64,000 bases of DNA from an uncultured Candidatus Saccharibacteria bacterium (lineage in GTDB: Bacteria > Patescibacteriota > Doudnabacteria > UBA920), in contig CAZVXT010000001.1 in assembly GCA_964631145.1 (NCBI GenBank), forward strand, positions 255,151 through 319,150. Direction: 5' to 3'. The translations under genes and the position numbers were made by a program. Position 1 is the stretch's first letter. Every line of letters starts with the position of its first letter. Shown here one piece after another: positions 50,292 through 59,593 of the stretch. Under the pieces are notes generated by a model. That model was not told the DNA's origin, made no database searches, and was given only the letters and a program-made list of their open reading frames with translations.

Positions 50292-51929
50292 TTAGTGGTG
50301 TTTAATATGTTCTGTATAAAAGCTTAAATCGGCATCAGTCTTTTTGTGGGGATTGAAGATGTTTTGCGGATCAAAAATTTGTTTTACTTGTTTAAATAAA
50401 TCAAAAACTTTTTCTCCGTACATGCTTTCTAAAAATGGTCCACGCACCAAACCGTCATTATGTTCTGCAGCAATTGAACCTTTATAATTTTTGACTAAAG
50501 CAAATACTTTGTCGCTGATTTCTATCACTTGATTTCTATGCTCTGGGATAGACAAGTCTACTAAAGGAATTATATGAAAGTTTGCATCACCGGCATGCCC
50601 TGCGATTGTGTAAGTAAAGTCTGGGTAAGAATTAAAAATTTCATCTAATTGAGGCATAAATTGCGGAAGCTGTTCTGGGTGCACAATGATATCTTCGACA
50701 AATGGAGCAGAAATTTTTCTTGCATTATGTTGTCTTAATAGATTGTAGCTTTCTCTGCGAATTGTCCAATATTTTTGACTATCTTCATAGTCTTTTGCTA
50801 GCTTAGTTTTTAATCCAAATTTATCTAAAAGTGCTTGGCTTGTATTTTGTGCTTTACTTTCTGCTTCTGCTTGTGTGTCAGCTGTAAATTCTGCAAGTAA
50901 AACAATTTGTGGTAATCCTTTTTTTATCATCAGCCAAAGTTCTGGGAAAAATTTAAAGAGCATTTTTAAAGTAGAAGCTTTACTTTTGCTAATTAACTCT
51001 GGTAAGTACCTTAACGCTAAACTTAAGGTATGTTGATCAAATAATTCGAAGCTTTCGGGGTTATAAGAATTGACTAAGTTAATGATATCGCCAAGTTGTT
51101 TGGTATCGGCGAGATAGCATACCATTAATTGTCTGCCGCGGAGGATAGGAACTAGGCGCCATTTAATTTTAGAAATTATTCCTAAAGTGCCTTGACTGCC
51201 AACAAATAGCTTTGTTAAATCAAAAGTTTTTCCATTCCATACATCCCATAAATAGTAACCGGTAGAGTTTTTGGAAGTGTTTGGTTTGGCATCTTGGATA
51301 GTTCGGTAGTTGTCTTGTATTAACTGATAAACTTGTTTGTATAAATTGCCTTCATAATCATTTTGAGCCATTTTTTTGTTTAGCTCCTCTTCTGTTAAAG
51401 GAGTGATGTGATAAGTTTTCCCATCTGCTAAAGTAACATCCAGCTCTAAAACATAATCAATAGCCTGTCCGTATCGAAGTGTTTTTTCGCCGCCGCAATT
51501 ATTACCAACCATCCCACCAACTGCACACCATGCTTTAGAAACAGGGTAGGTTGGCATGATTGTATTTTGAGCAATTAATTTTGGTTCTAAATCTCTAAAA
51601 TAAACACCGCTTTCTGTAGTAACATTGTGCGTGTTAAGTTCAGAAATTTTGTTTAAATGTTTTGATACGTCTAGTACAATAGAATTATTAATGCTACCGC
51701 CTGTCATGTCTGTGCCGCCAGCGCGGGCTGTAATCGAAAGTTCTGGGTTGGCGGCTTTATTTAGACTAACCCAAGAAACTATTTGTTCTATGTCTTTGGT
51801 ATTTTCAGGAAATATTATGGCACTTGGAGTAATTTCAAAAATACTCGCATCTCTGCTATAAAATTCCTTGTCTGCTTCGTGGGTTGTTATTGCTCCTTTT
51901 ATTTTTTGTTTCAGTTCGTCAAAGTTCAT
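50292..51929 (-). CDS. FAD-binding oxidoreductase (GlcD / D-lactate dehydrogenase family)
   Basis: PCMH-type FAD-binding region with RAGGTDMTGG and CAVGGMVGNNCGG. Confidence 0.65.
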   Translation of the reverse strand: MNFDELKQKIKGAITTHEADKEFYSRDASIFEITPSAIIFPENTKDIEQIVSWVSLNKAANPELSITARAGGTDMTGGSINNSIVLDVSKHLNKISELNTHNVTTESGVYFRDLEPKLIAQNTIMPTYPVSKAWCAVGGMVGNNCGGEKTLRYGQAIDYVLELDVTLADGKTYHITPLTEEELNKKMAQNDYEGNLYKQVYQLIQDNYRTIQDAKPNTSKNSTGYYLWDVWNGKTFDLTKLFVGSQGTLGIISKIKWRLVPILRGRQLMVCYLADTKQLGDIINLVNSYNPESFELFDQHTLSLALRYLPELISKSKASTLKMLFKFFPELWLMIKKGLPQIVLLAEFTADTQAEAESKAQNTSQALLDKFGLKTKLAKDYEDSQKYWTIRRESYNLLRQHNARKISAPFVEDIIVHPEQLPQFMPQLDEIFNSYPDFTYTIAGHAGDANFHIIPLVDLSIPEHRNQVIEISDKVFALVKNYKGSIAAEHNDGLVRGPFLESMYGEKVFDLFKQVKQIFDPQNIFNPHKKTDADLSFYTEHIKHH

Positions 51930-51976
51930 ATGTATATTATATCAAATAAAAAAGCAAGCGTTGCTTGCTTAGGTGA

Positions 51977-52315
51977 TTAGGAGTGTTTTTTCTCCCAGTC
52001 TAATATTTGCTGTTCAATTTGTTCTGCACTAATTCCTATGATTTGTGCGAGCTTTATTGCATTAATGATAAGTAATGCAGGGATTTTTGCAAGTGGTTTT
52101 GTATGAAAAGTAACTTGATGATCGCTGTGTTCAACTTCAGTTGCAATATCTCCAGAAATTTTATTGATATGCAGTAATATATGATTAATGGCAAAATTAT
52201 TTTCACCATTGTATGTCATTTCTCTATTTTTAATCGGGTAAGCGATAGAGTTAAAATCCCACGACTTTTCAATTATTGTAAACAATGTCTTGATTTTCAT
52301 ATTAATTTCCTCCAT
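51977..52315 (-). CDS. hypothetical protein
   Basis: 112-aa ORF, GGAGG SD; terminator hairpin downstream on the minus strand. Confidence 0.3.
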   Translation of the reverse strand: MEEINMKIKTLFTIIEKSWDFNSIAYPIKNREMTYNGENNFAINHILLHINKISGDIATEVEHSDHQVTFHTKPLAKIPALLIINAIKLAQIIGISAEQIEQQILDWEKKHS

Positions 52316-52392
52316 TTTTTTTGAATTATATATTAGACGCAGTTTTTGTCAATTTTTTGACATGCTCGTTAATTATAAACTAAACTAATGGT

Positions 52393-52872
52393 ATGCCTAT
52401 AGATATAAAAGAGCAACAACCAAAATTAGATATCGCAGAAAGGTTTACCAATTGGATCGGTTCAACTACTTCGATAGTTGTTCATACGATATTATTTATC
52501 GCTGCTTTTGCTTTAGTATTTTTTGGTGTAGCTTTTGATACTATACTGTTAGTGTTAACAACTGCAGTATCTTTAGAAGCAATCTATTTGGCATTGTTTA
52601 TTCAGATGACTGTAAATAAAAATACTCAGAGTTTGGCTGACGTTGAAGAAGACATTGATGAGATTCAGGAAGACATTGATGAGATCCAAGAAGATGTTGA
52701 AGAAATTGAAAAAGATATTGATGAGATCCAAGAAGATGTTGATGATATCGAAAAAGATGGAGAAGAGGATGATCTCCATGATGCTGCAACAATGAAGACT
52801 CTTAATGAAATTCAGGCTAATATGATGAAGCTGATGCAAGAGTTAGAGCATTTAAAAAATCAAAAGAAATAG
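52393..52872 (+). CDS. DUF1003-like membrane protein with an acidic tandem-repeat tail
   Basis: two N-terminal TM helices, then (E/D)DIDEIQED repeats. Confidence 0.4.
   Translation: MPIDIKEQQPKLDIAERFTNWIGSTTSIVVHTILFIAAFALVFFGVAFDTILLVLTTAVSLEAIYLALFIQMTVNKNTQSLADVEEDIDEIQEDIDEIQEDVEEIEKDIDEIQEDVDDIEKDGEEDDLHDAATMKTLNEIQANMMKLMQELEHLKNQKK
52645..52765 (+). repeat. in-frame 21-24-nt imperfect tandem repeat (coding)
   Basis: gaagacattgatgagattcag x2, then diverged units encoding EDVEEIEKD / IDEIQEDVDDIEKD. Confidence 0.6.
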
Positions 52873-52933
52873 ATTAATGGTTGAATTTTTCAACCATTTT
52901 TGTTAATATAACAAAAATTCTAGGAGGTAAGGT

Positions 52934-53413
52934 ATGATTAGGTTTAATGCATGGAGCCAAATAGTGGCTTTAAGCCAACAACAAGAAGCATTTTTATCTA
53001 TTAAGAAACAAATGCAAGAAGATCAAAAAATAAGAACAAAGCATGACTTTGGTATTCCTGTATCTAGGTATTTTGTATTAATAAAAATTGGCGATCAAGA
53101 AATGATATGCTTTTTTGGACAAGACGGTAAACAATATGTTTTATCCGTAGATGTTTTTACACCACAGATTTGTGCATATACTTGTTTTTCTGACCTTGTA
53201 GATAAAGAATATCAAGAAACCTATCAAAGAATATCGGCTAAATTTTCTGAAAAAATGCCTATTATGGAATCTTTAGGTGAAGCAATCAAGTTTGCTAAAA
53301 TAGGAGTATTAACAAAATTACCTAATAATTGCATGGAACCTCATGATAATGGTAACGCAACTTATGAAGCTTTGCTAGAAAGAGCAGAATATTATTTACA
53401 ACACGGTAAATAA
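52934..53413 (+). CDS. hypothetical protein
   Basis: 159-aa ORF, AGGAGGT SD; bidirectional terminator at 53421-53452. Confidence 0.3.
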   Translation: MIRFNAWSQIVALSQQQEAFLSIKKQMQEDQKIRTKHDFGIPVSRYFVLIKIGDQEMICFFGQDGKQYVLSVDVFTPQICAYTCFSDLVDKEYQETYQRISAKFSEKMPIMESLGEAIKFAKIGVLTKLPNNCMEPHDNGNATYEALLERAEYYLQHGK

Positions 53414-53556
53414 TATAAAAGACTATGAAATTTCATAGTCTTATTTTTTTATTACCACAACATTTTGTAAATGAGCACAAATATTATTGTGCAAATTATG
53501 ACAAAACCCTTTCTGCCAATTTTTATATTCATAACACCTCCTTTGTATCAATATAA

Positions 53557-55302
53557 TTATTCACTAGCGATTTGTTGACGCCACATCGCATAGTATAAGC
53601 CTTGCTTCTTTAATAATTCGTCGTGGCTGCCTTGTTCTATTAATTTGCCTTTTTCAAGAACATAAATTGTATCAGCGTGAGTAATTGTAGAGAGTCTGTG
53701 AGCAATCAGGATGCGGATTAAATTCGGATGTTCTTTTTCGATCTTTTTAATAGTATCTGTAATGTGTTGTTCTGTTAAAGAGTCTAAGCTAGAAGTTGCT
53801 TCGTCAAAAATCAATACATCTGGATTTCGAAGTAGGGCACGAGCAATTGCTAATCTTTGCTTTTCGCCACCACTTAGTTTTAATCCGCCTTCGCCGATTT
53901 TAGTGTTAAGTCCTAAGTTTTGTCCTCGATCTAAAATACTATCTGCGCTAGATGCTTTAAGTGCATTAATACATTCTTCATCAGTTGCATTTGGCTTGAC
54001 GAAGATCAGATTTTCTCTAATGGTTCCAGCAAATAATTGAGTGTCTTGTGCCACCAAACCAATTTTTTGTCTAAGTTTAGAAAAGTCAATTTGTTTGCTA
54101 TCGATATTGTTGTATAGAAGTTGTCCGGAAACTGGTTTGTATAAACCAACAATAGTTTTGATGGTTGTGGATTTACCGCTTCCAGATGGACCAACAAAAG
54201 CAACTGTTTTTCCTGGTTGAATTGTAAAGCTTATATCGTTAAGGGCGTGTTGAGTGTTGTCTTGATAACCAAAAGAAACGTTTTTAAATTCGATTGAGCT
54301 AATCTTTTCGATTGGACTAGCATCTTCTACGACTGGTTCTTTTTGTAGAGCAAGAATTTCTTCAAGTTTGCCGAGGCTTGCTTTGGTCTCTTGGTAGCTA
54401 GTTGCAACTTGTCCAATCATAGACAAAGGATTGAAGATAAAGAAGGAGTAGAACATCAAGCTAAAGAATTGTCCTAAGGTAATGACTTTAGCAAAAATTA
54501 ACCACAACATTAAAAGTAATAAACCCATGCGAAGTGCATTGATTAAGGTGCCTTGAATAAAATTATAAGTGCGTACTAATCTTACTTTCTTAAGCTCTAG
54601 TTCTAATATTTTTTCGTTGGTGGTATTAAGTCTGTTAACTTCTTGATTTTCTAACCCTAAGGATTTTACTAATTCTACATTTCTAATAGTTTCGGTTGTG
54701 CTACCAGCAAGACTTTGTGTTTCTGCGACAATATCAGTTTGAACCTCTCTGATCCTTTTAGAAATAATAAAAGTGACAAAGCCAAGCACGGGGATCATAG
54801 AAAAGTATGCAAGTCCTATGCTCCAATGTACGATAAATGCGTATACTAAAACAAATACTACACCAACGATAGTAAAGAATAATAAATCAATGCTTGTGTT
54901 AATAAGCATGCGGCTGTCTTGGCGAGCATTTTGTAACTTGGCTAAAAATTCTCCACTGCGTTGATCTTCAAATACAGAGTAGGGTAAAGAGAAAGAGTGC
55001 GTAACGCTATCATTATAAAGTTGTGCTCCAAGTCTTTGAGAAATCATATTGCTGTAATAGTCTTGAAAGCTTTTTGCAATTCTAGAGACCATTGCCACTC
55101 CCATAGTAGCAATCAACATTAAAATTACTCCTTGGATATATTCGGTGCGAGTAAGCTGATCAAATTTTGAGGCATACTTATCGATGATTATTCTAAAGAT
55201 TTGCGGGTCTAATAAAGAAAACACCTGGTTAATGGTTGCGAGCCCCAGGGCTAAGAATAAAAGTTTCTTATAATTTTTTAAATATTGCCATAGTAAATTC
55301 AT
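53557..55302 (-). CDS. ABC exporter, fused permease and ATPase (MsbA-like)
   Basis: 6 TM segments, then [35 protein letters not shown]. Confidence 0.8.
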   Translation of the reverse strand: MNLLWQYLKNYKKLLFLALGLATINQVFSLLDPQIFRIIIDKYASKFDQLTRTEYIQGVILMLIATMGVAMVSRIAKSFQDYYSNMISQRLGAQLYNDSVTHSFSLPYSVFEDQRSGEFLAKLQNARQDSRMLINTSIDLLFFTIVGVVFVLVYAFIVHWSIGLAYFSMIPVLGFVTFIISKRIREVQTDIVAETQSLAGSTTETIRNVELVKSLGLENQEVNRLNTTNEKILELELKKVRLVRTYNFIQGTLINALRMGLLLLMLWLIFAKVITLGQFFSLMFYSFFIFNPLSMIGQVATSYQETKASLGKLEEILALQKEPVVEDASPIEKISSIEFKNVSFGYQDNTQHALNDISFTIQPGKTVAFVGPSGSGKSTTIKTIVGLYKPVSGQLLYNNIDSKQIDFSKLRQKIGLVAQDTQLFAGTIRENLIFVKPNATDEECINALKASSADSILDRGQNLGLNTKIGEGGLKLSGGEKQRLAIARALLRNPDVLIFDEATSSLDSLTEQHITDTIKKIEKEHPNLIRILIAHRLSTITHADTIYVLEKGKLIEQGSHDELLKKQGLYYAMWRQQIASE

Positions 55303-55306
55303 AAAT

Positions 55307-55441
55307 TTATCGAAGTTGTTGATTAATTTTTGGTTTGGTTAAGTGGTCTTTATTTGGACTTTTGGTTAAGTAAAAGTATGCTCCGGTTAAAAGTATAACC
55401 AAAATTATAATTATGAGTGCTAAATAATTTTTGTTTTTCAT
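55307..55441 (-). CDS. 44-aa single-TM micro-protein upstream of the ABC exporter (not in the supplied track)
   Basis: MKNKNYLALIIIILVILLTGAYFYLTKSPNKDHLTKPKINQQLR, translated by hand; its stop lies 4 nt before the exporter start. Confidence 0.25.
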   Translation of the reverse strand: MKNKNYLALIIIILVILLTGAYFYLTKSPNKDHLTKPKINQQLR

Positions 55442-55445
55442 ATTC

Positions 55446-56132
55446 TTAAATAATATCTGACCTGTTTACTATTTGATATTTTCCAGGGGCGAGATTACTT
55501 GGTAAAGATAACTTGTTTATTCTAATGCGTTTTAAATTTTTTACACCTAGACCAACTGCGTTAAACATGCGACGGATTTGACGCTTTTTCCCTTCATGAA
55601 TAGTTATCAAAACTTTACCGCTTTTTGTTTTTACTTTTGCGGCTGAAGTTAATCCAGAAGAAATTTCTACCCCTTGTCTTAGCTTGTCTAATTGTTGGGT
55701 TTTAGGGTCTATATCTGTAATAACTTCATATTCTTTGTCATGTTCGTATTTTGGATGGGCGAGCTGTTCTGTTAAATCTCCATCATTGGTTAAAATAATC
55801 AAACCTTCAGTTTCGTAATCCAATCTGCCCACATTCCAAACACTGGTTCTTAGTTCTTCTGGTAAAAGCGAAAAGATGGTTTTTCTTCCTTGAGGATCTC
55901 TTTTGCTGACAACATAACCACGTGGCTTGTATAAAGCGATATAGTGTTTTAGATTTTTTGGCTTAATGATTTTGCCGTAAACTTTTACTTCATCTTTATC
56001 AGGGTTAACTTTGTCTCCAAGCTTAGCTCGTCGTCCGTTAATAGAAACTTGCCCTGATTTAATAAACTCCTCAGCTTTACGCCTAGAAGCTATACCTTGC
56101 TCGCTTAAAAATTTTTGTACTCGTTCTAACAT
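55446..56132 (-). CDS. pseudouridine synthase, RsuA/RluB family
   Basis: N-terminal S4 domain (RVQKFLSEQGIASRRKAEEFIKSGQVSING), catalytic GRLDYETEGLIILTNDG. Confidence 0.7.
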   Translation of the reverse strand: MLERVQKFLSEQGIASRRKAEEFIKSGQVSINGRRAKLGDKVNPDKDEVKVYGKIIKPKNLKHYIALYKPRGYVVSKRDPQGRKTIFSLLPEELRTSVWNVGRLDYETEGLIILTNDGDLTEQLAHPKYEHDKEYEVITDIDPKTQQLDKLRQGVEISSGLTSAAKVKTKSGKVLITIHEGKKRQIRRMFNAVGLGVKNLKRIRINKLSLPSNLAPGKYQIVNRSDII

Positions 56133-56198
56133 ATATGTATTTTAGCAGGTTGCTGTAACTTCTGGTAGTAGTTACAATATAGAAAAATGGAGGATAAA

Positions 56199-56951
56199 AT
56201 GAGTAGATTAATAGATAAATTTTTAATTTGGTTGCATAAAACATATCCCTTGCCAAAGCCAGAACTAATAGTTTGGTTAAGGCATGGAGAATCTGAACAT
56301 AATGTAATGCCTAGAGAAAATGGGGTTATAATTGACCAAGTGAGTAGAGAAGTGTTAGAAAATTTTCCTACTGACCACAATGTTTCTCTTACCGAAAAAG
56401 GCATGAGGCAAGCTTTGCTAACAGGTGAAGGAATTAAAAAAGAATTTGGGTTATTCGATGTAATTTATCATTCAGGTTATCAAAGAACTAAGCAGACTTT
56501 AGATAATGTGCTAAAAGCTTATACCTACGAAGAGCGGTTGCAAATGAAGATTAGGGCAAATCATAAAATCGCAGAAAGGCAAGCGGGTTATACTTTTGGA
56601 GTGAATAAAGAAATGGTTGATAAGCTTTACCCTGACTATGCTAATTACTCCAAAAAGTATGGATATTTCTGGAGCAAACCTCCGGGAGGCGAAAATCAGT
56701 TTGAAGTTGTCACGCGGATTTATAGTTTTATAGGAGAAATGTTTAGGACCAGACCAGGTCAAAAAATATTAGTAGTTTGTCATGGTGGTGTTATTAGAGC
56801 GGCTCGTTATAATTTAGAATGCTGGGATGTGGAAGATTATCAGGCAGATTTAAATAACGGAGTTGCGCCTAATTGCAGTGTTACTGTTTATAAAAGAGAT
56901 CAAAAAAATAACCAATTAAAATTGAGCATTTTAGACCAAATTTACTATTAA
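56199..56951 (+). CDS. histidine phosphatase family protein (phosphoglycerate mutase-like)
   Basis: RHGESEHN catalytic motif; start set at the second ATG, 5 nt after TGGAGG. Confidence 0.55.
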   Translation: MSRLIDKFLIWLHKTYPLPKPELIVWLRHGESEHNVMPRENGVIIDQVSREVLENFPTDHNVSLTEKGMRQALLTGEGIKKEFGLFDVIYHSGYQRTKQTLDNVLKAYTYEERLQMKIRANHKIAERQAGYTFGVNKEMVDKLYPDYANYSKKYGYFWSKPPGGENQFEVVTRIYSFIGEMFRTRPGQKILVVCHGGVIRAARYNLECWDVEDYQADLNNGVAPNCSVTVYKRDQKNNQLKLSILDQIYY

Positions 56952-57050
56952 ATAGTTTAAAATAAATGACTTGACTAAAATTGTTATTTATGATATACTT
57001 AATTCAGCAATTTAATTGCTGATTTTTTATTTTCTTAGGAGGAATTTAAA

Positions 57051-57509
57051 ATGAAAAAAATATTTACAATTTTTTTCTTGAGTATAACTTTAACTTTATC
57101 TGCTTTTGCAGTCGAGGATGAAAATCCAGAAACAAATTTGTTTCTGGAAAACGTAATGGACAATTTAGTCCAAGGACAATGTCCTCAAATAAATAAGTTT
57201 TCTGATAATACAATTTTTCATGCTATGGAAACAAAGTATGATGAAGTAGTTTTAGGTTCGCTGCCATTCTCAAACGGGTTCATGGCGGAACTTAATCATC
57301 GAAGCAAAAATTTGGTTAAAGTTGGTGCGATTTTATTACCGCAACCCAATACTCGAAGTCGTTTTAGCGAAAAGCAATTTGTCTCGGTGGACTTTGAGGT
57401 TTGGTCAAAAGCCAACAAAAAAGGCGAAAGGGAATTAAAAGTTGTAAACTTCAAATTTTACAACGCAGTGAATGCTTCGCAAAAAGTATTTGCCTGCAGT
57501 GTGAGATAA
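57051..57509 (+). CDS. secreted hypothetical protein
   Basis: signal peptide IFTIFFLSITLTLSAFA; SD aggagg; TTGACT-17-TATACT promoter at 56969-56997. Confidence 0.35.
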   Translation: MKKIFTIFFLSITLTLSAFAVEDENPETNLFLENVMDNLVQGQCPQINKFSDNTIFHAMETKYDEVVLGSLPFSNGFMAELNHRSKNLVKVGAILLPQPNTRSRFSEKQFVSVDFEVWSKANKKGERELKVVNFKFYNAVNASQKVFACSVR

Positions 57510-57595
57510 TTATCAAAAGTGTTAGTCTAAAAACTAACGCTTTTTTCTTTTATCAAAATAAAAAAGCGTCTAAGTAAATTAGACGTTTTTTATAA

Positions 57596-57672
57596 TGGTG
57601 ACCTCGGCTGGGATCGAACCAGCGACCTAGAGATTAGAAGTCTCTCGCTCTATCCAACTGAGCTACGAGGTC
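57596..57672 (-). tRNA. tRNA-Arg(UCU)
   Basis: acceptor GACCTCG/CGAGGTC, anticodon loop CTTCTAA, T-loop TTCGATC, encoded CCA. Confidence 0.8.
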
Positions 57673-57747
57673 TTATATACATTGACTTTTTAGCTTAACT
57701 ATACTATAATAGCAAAATCTTATTTAAATTTCAAGGAGGAAATAATA

Positions 57748-58086
57748 ATGTCAGGTATTGCTAATCAAAAAATTCCAACTATAGGTAGAACAGATCCTAG
57801 AAGGATAGAGGAATTGGAAAAAGATTTATTAGGGGTAAGTTTTTTTGAATCCGAGGATGGAAATAAAACAATTTTATTTTCCAATCATCTTCATATTATT
57901 CAAAAAATTTATAACTTGCTTTGTGCTGATAAAATAGGACAAGATTTGCTGGCAGAGTATAATAGCCAACCTTCCAACGCCCTAAGAATTTTATCAGTTT
58001 TAAAATTTCATGGTCTGTTAGGAGAAAAAATTTCTGTGATACAATCTGATTCGGTTTTTGGAAATTACATAGAGTTTACAAGTTAG
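57748..58086 (+). CDS. hypothetical protein
   Basis: 112-aa ORF between two tRNA-Arg genes; TTGACT-17-TATAAT promoter at 57683-57711; AAGGAGG SD. Confidence 0.3.
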   Translation: MSGIANQKIPTIGRTDPRRIEELEKDLLGVSFFESEDGNKTILFSNHLHIIQKIYNLLCADKIGQDLLAEYNSQPSNALRILSVLKFHGLLGEKISVIQSDSVFGNYIEFTS

Positions 58087-58201
58087 TTGTTAATGCAACT
58101 GAGGAGGTTTTATGTTTTGCTCCCGCGTGAGCTTTAACTAGTATTTTCATTTATATAATTATAACAAAAAATAAAAACGCCATATAAAGGCGTTTTTATT
58201 A

Positions 58202-58278
58202 TGGTGCACCCGACAGGATTCGAACCTATGACCTCCCGCTCCGCAAGCGGACGCTCTATCCAGCTGAGCTACGGGTGC
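58202..58278 (-). tRNA. tRNA-Arg, genomic anticodon GCG (hand-folded)
   Basis: acceptor GCACCCG/CGGGTGC, anticodon stem TCCGC/GCGGG, loop TTGCGGA, T-loop TTCGAAT, encoded CCA. Confidence 0.6.
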
Positions 58279-58380
58279 ATGTTTGATTTATATTAATCAT
58301 CATGAGCTTTCGGCACAGCCGACAGCTCTATATTGCACTGTGTAGTTAATTGGCTATAATTTTGTTGCCCTAAGGCAACG

Positions 58381-58400
58381 CCAGTTGAGCTACGGGTGCA
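58381..58400. repeat. 20-bp copy (one mismatch) of the 5' end of the adjacent tRNA-Arg
   Basis: ccagttgagctacgggtgca at 58381-58400 versus ccagctgagctacgggtgca at 58260-58279; the 100-bp spacer holds two stable hairpins. Confidence 0.7.
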
Positions 58401-58515
58401 AATAAGATTACGATTTGAAAAGTAAATCTTTTATATTTTACTAAAAATCACAAAAAATATCAAGTCAGCGCTATAACTTTTATATTTATAAAATAATCCG
58501 TAGTATAATAAATAT

Positions 58516-59532
58516 ATGAACAAGGTTTTTGTCCGAAACATTTTAGCTCGCCGTTATTTAGATACTATGCTAGTGTTAGCAGTCGTAACTATCTTAGTTA
58601 CCAGAGTGTTTTTATTTTTAACAGGATGGCCAACTATAGGCGGAGCAACTCTTCATATTGCGCATATGCTGTGGGGTGGCTTGTTAATGCTTGCGGCAAT
58701 GATTTTGCTTTTTGGATTTTTAGATCGCAAATCACAAAATTTAGCAGCTATATTTGGCGGTATAGGTTTTGGGTTATTCATAGATGAGGTGGGGAAGTTT
58801 GTGACTCGTAACAATGATTATTTTTTTCAGCCCACGTTTACTATAATTTATTTTGTCTTTATAGCATTCTATTTTGTTATTAGAGAAATTGATAAACAGG
58901 TCCCTCTTAATAAAGTTGAACAGACTATAAATGTTTTAGAAATTTCAAAAGAAATTTTTTTACATGATCTAAATGCAGAAGAGCGAACTCAACTATTGAA
59001 TTTACTTTCTGTTAATCCCAAACATAGTAAAGTTTTTAATGCCCTGATGACCGAATTAAGTAAAACCCGTCTAGCTCCAGTTACTTCGTGGCAGAAGACT
59101 ACAGACAGATTTGATAAATTTGTTACAAATTTTTTAAAGCAAAGCATAACTGCAAATTTTATCTGGGTATTATTAATTCTACAAGGGCTTGTTTTTGCTA
59201 TTAGCTTTGGAAGGTACTGGTTAGAGATAACTTCTAGTATGGCAGATCGAGGGATTGTTATTATGGGAATTAGCTTTGCGGTATTTTCTTTTTTGTTTAT
59301 AATTTCTGGTTTAAGTATTTTTAACCGCAATCGCTACGAAGCCTATCGAAAATTTTATAAAGCAAATTTACTAGCAGTATTTTTAATCCAACCATTTGCG
59401 TTTTATGTGGCGACAATTTTACCTCTGTTTGCCTTAGGTATTAATTTGGTAAGTATATTCGCACTACAATATTTAATAGAACAAGAACAGAAGAAAATAG
59501 TTGTTAATACAGAGACAAGTCCAGCAGGTTAA
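58516..59532 (+). CDS. hypothetical polytopic membrane protein
   Basis: about 7 hydrophobic helices; -10 tagtataat upstream. Confidence 0.35.
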   Translation: MNKVFVRNILARRYLDTMLVLAVVTILVTRVFLFLTGWPTIGGATLHIAHMLWGGLLMLAAMILLFGFLDRKSQNLAAIFGGIGFGLFIDEVGKFVTRNNDYFFQPTFTIIYFVFIAFYFVIREIDKQVPLNKVEQTINVLEISKEIFLHDLNAEERTQLLNLLSVNPKHSKVFNALMTELSKTRLAPVTSWQKTTDRFDKFVTNFLKQSITANFIWVLLILQGLVFAISFGRYWLEITSSMADRGIVIMGISFAVFSFLFIISGLSIFNRNRYEAYRKFYKANLLAVFLIQPFAFYVATILPLFALGINLVSIFALQYLIEQEQKKIVVNTETSPAG

Positions 59533-59593
59533 GCTGGACTTGTTTTTTATTCATGGCTATTTTATAATTGATTTTATACAAAAGGAGGCAACT

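Noticed and set aside
52645-52765. Tandem repeat considered as a CRISPR or VNTR locus
   Set aside because: Units are 21-24 nt, contiguous, in-frame and coding; no spacer structure and no cas genes in the window.
58112-58141. 9-codon micro-ORF MFCSRVSFN behind a perfect GAGGAGG SD
   Set aside because: No downstream plus-strand gene for it to regulate (next feature is a minus-strand tRNA), so it is probably chance, although a strong SD is rare in this genome.
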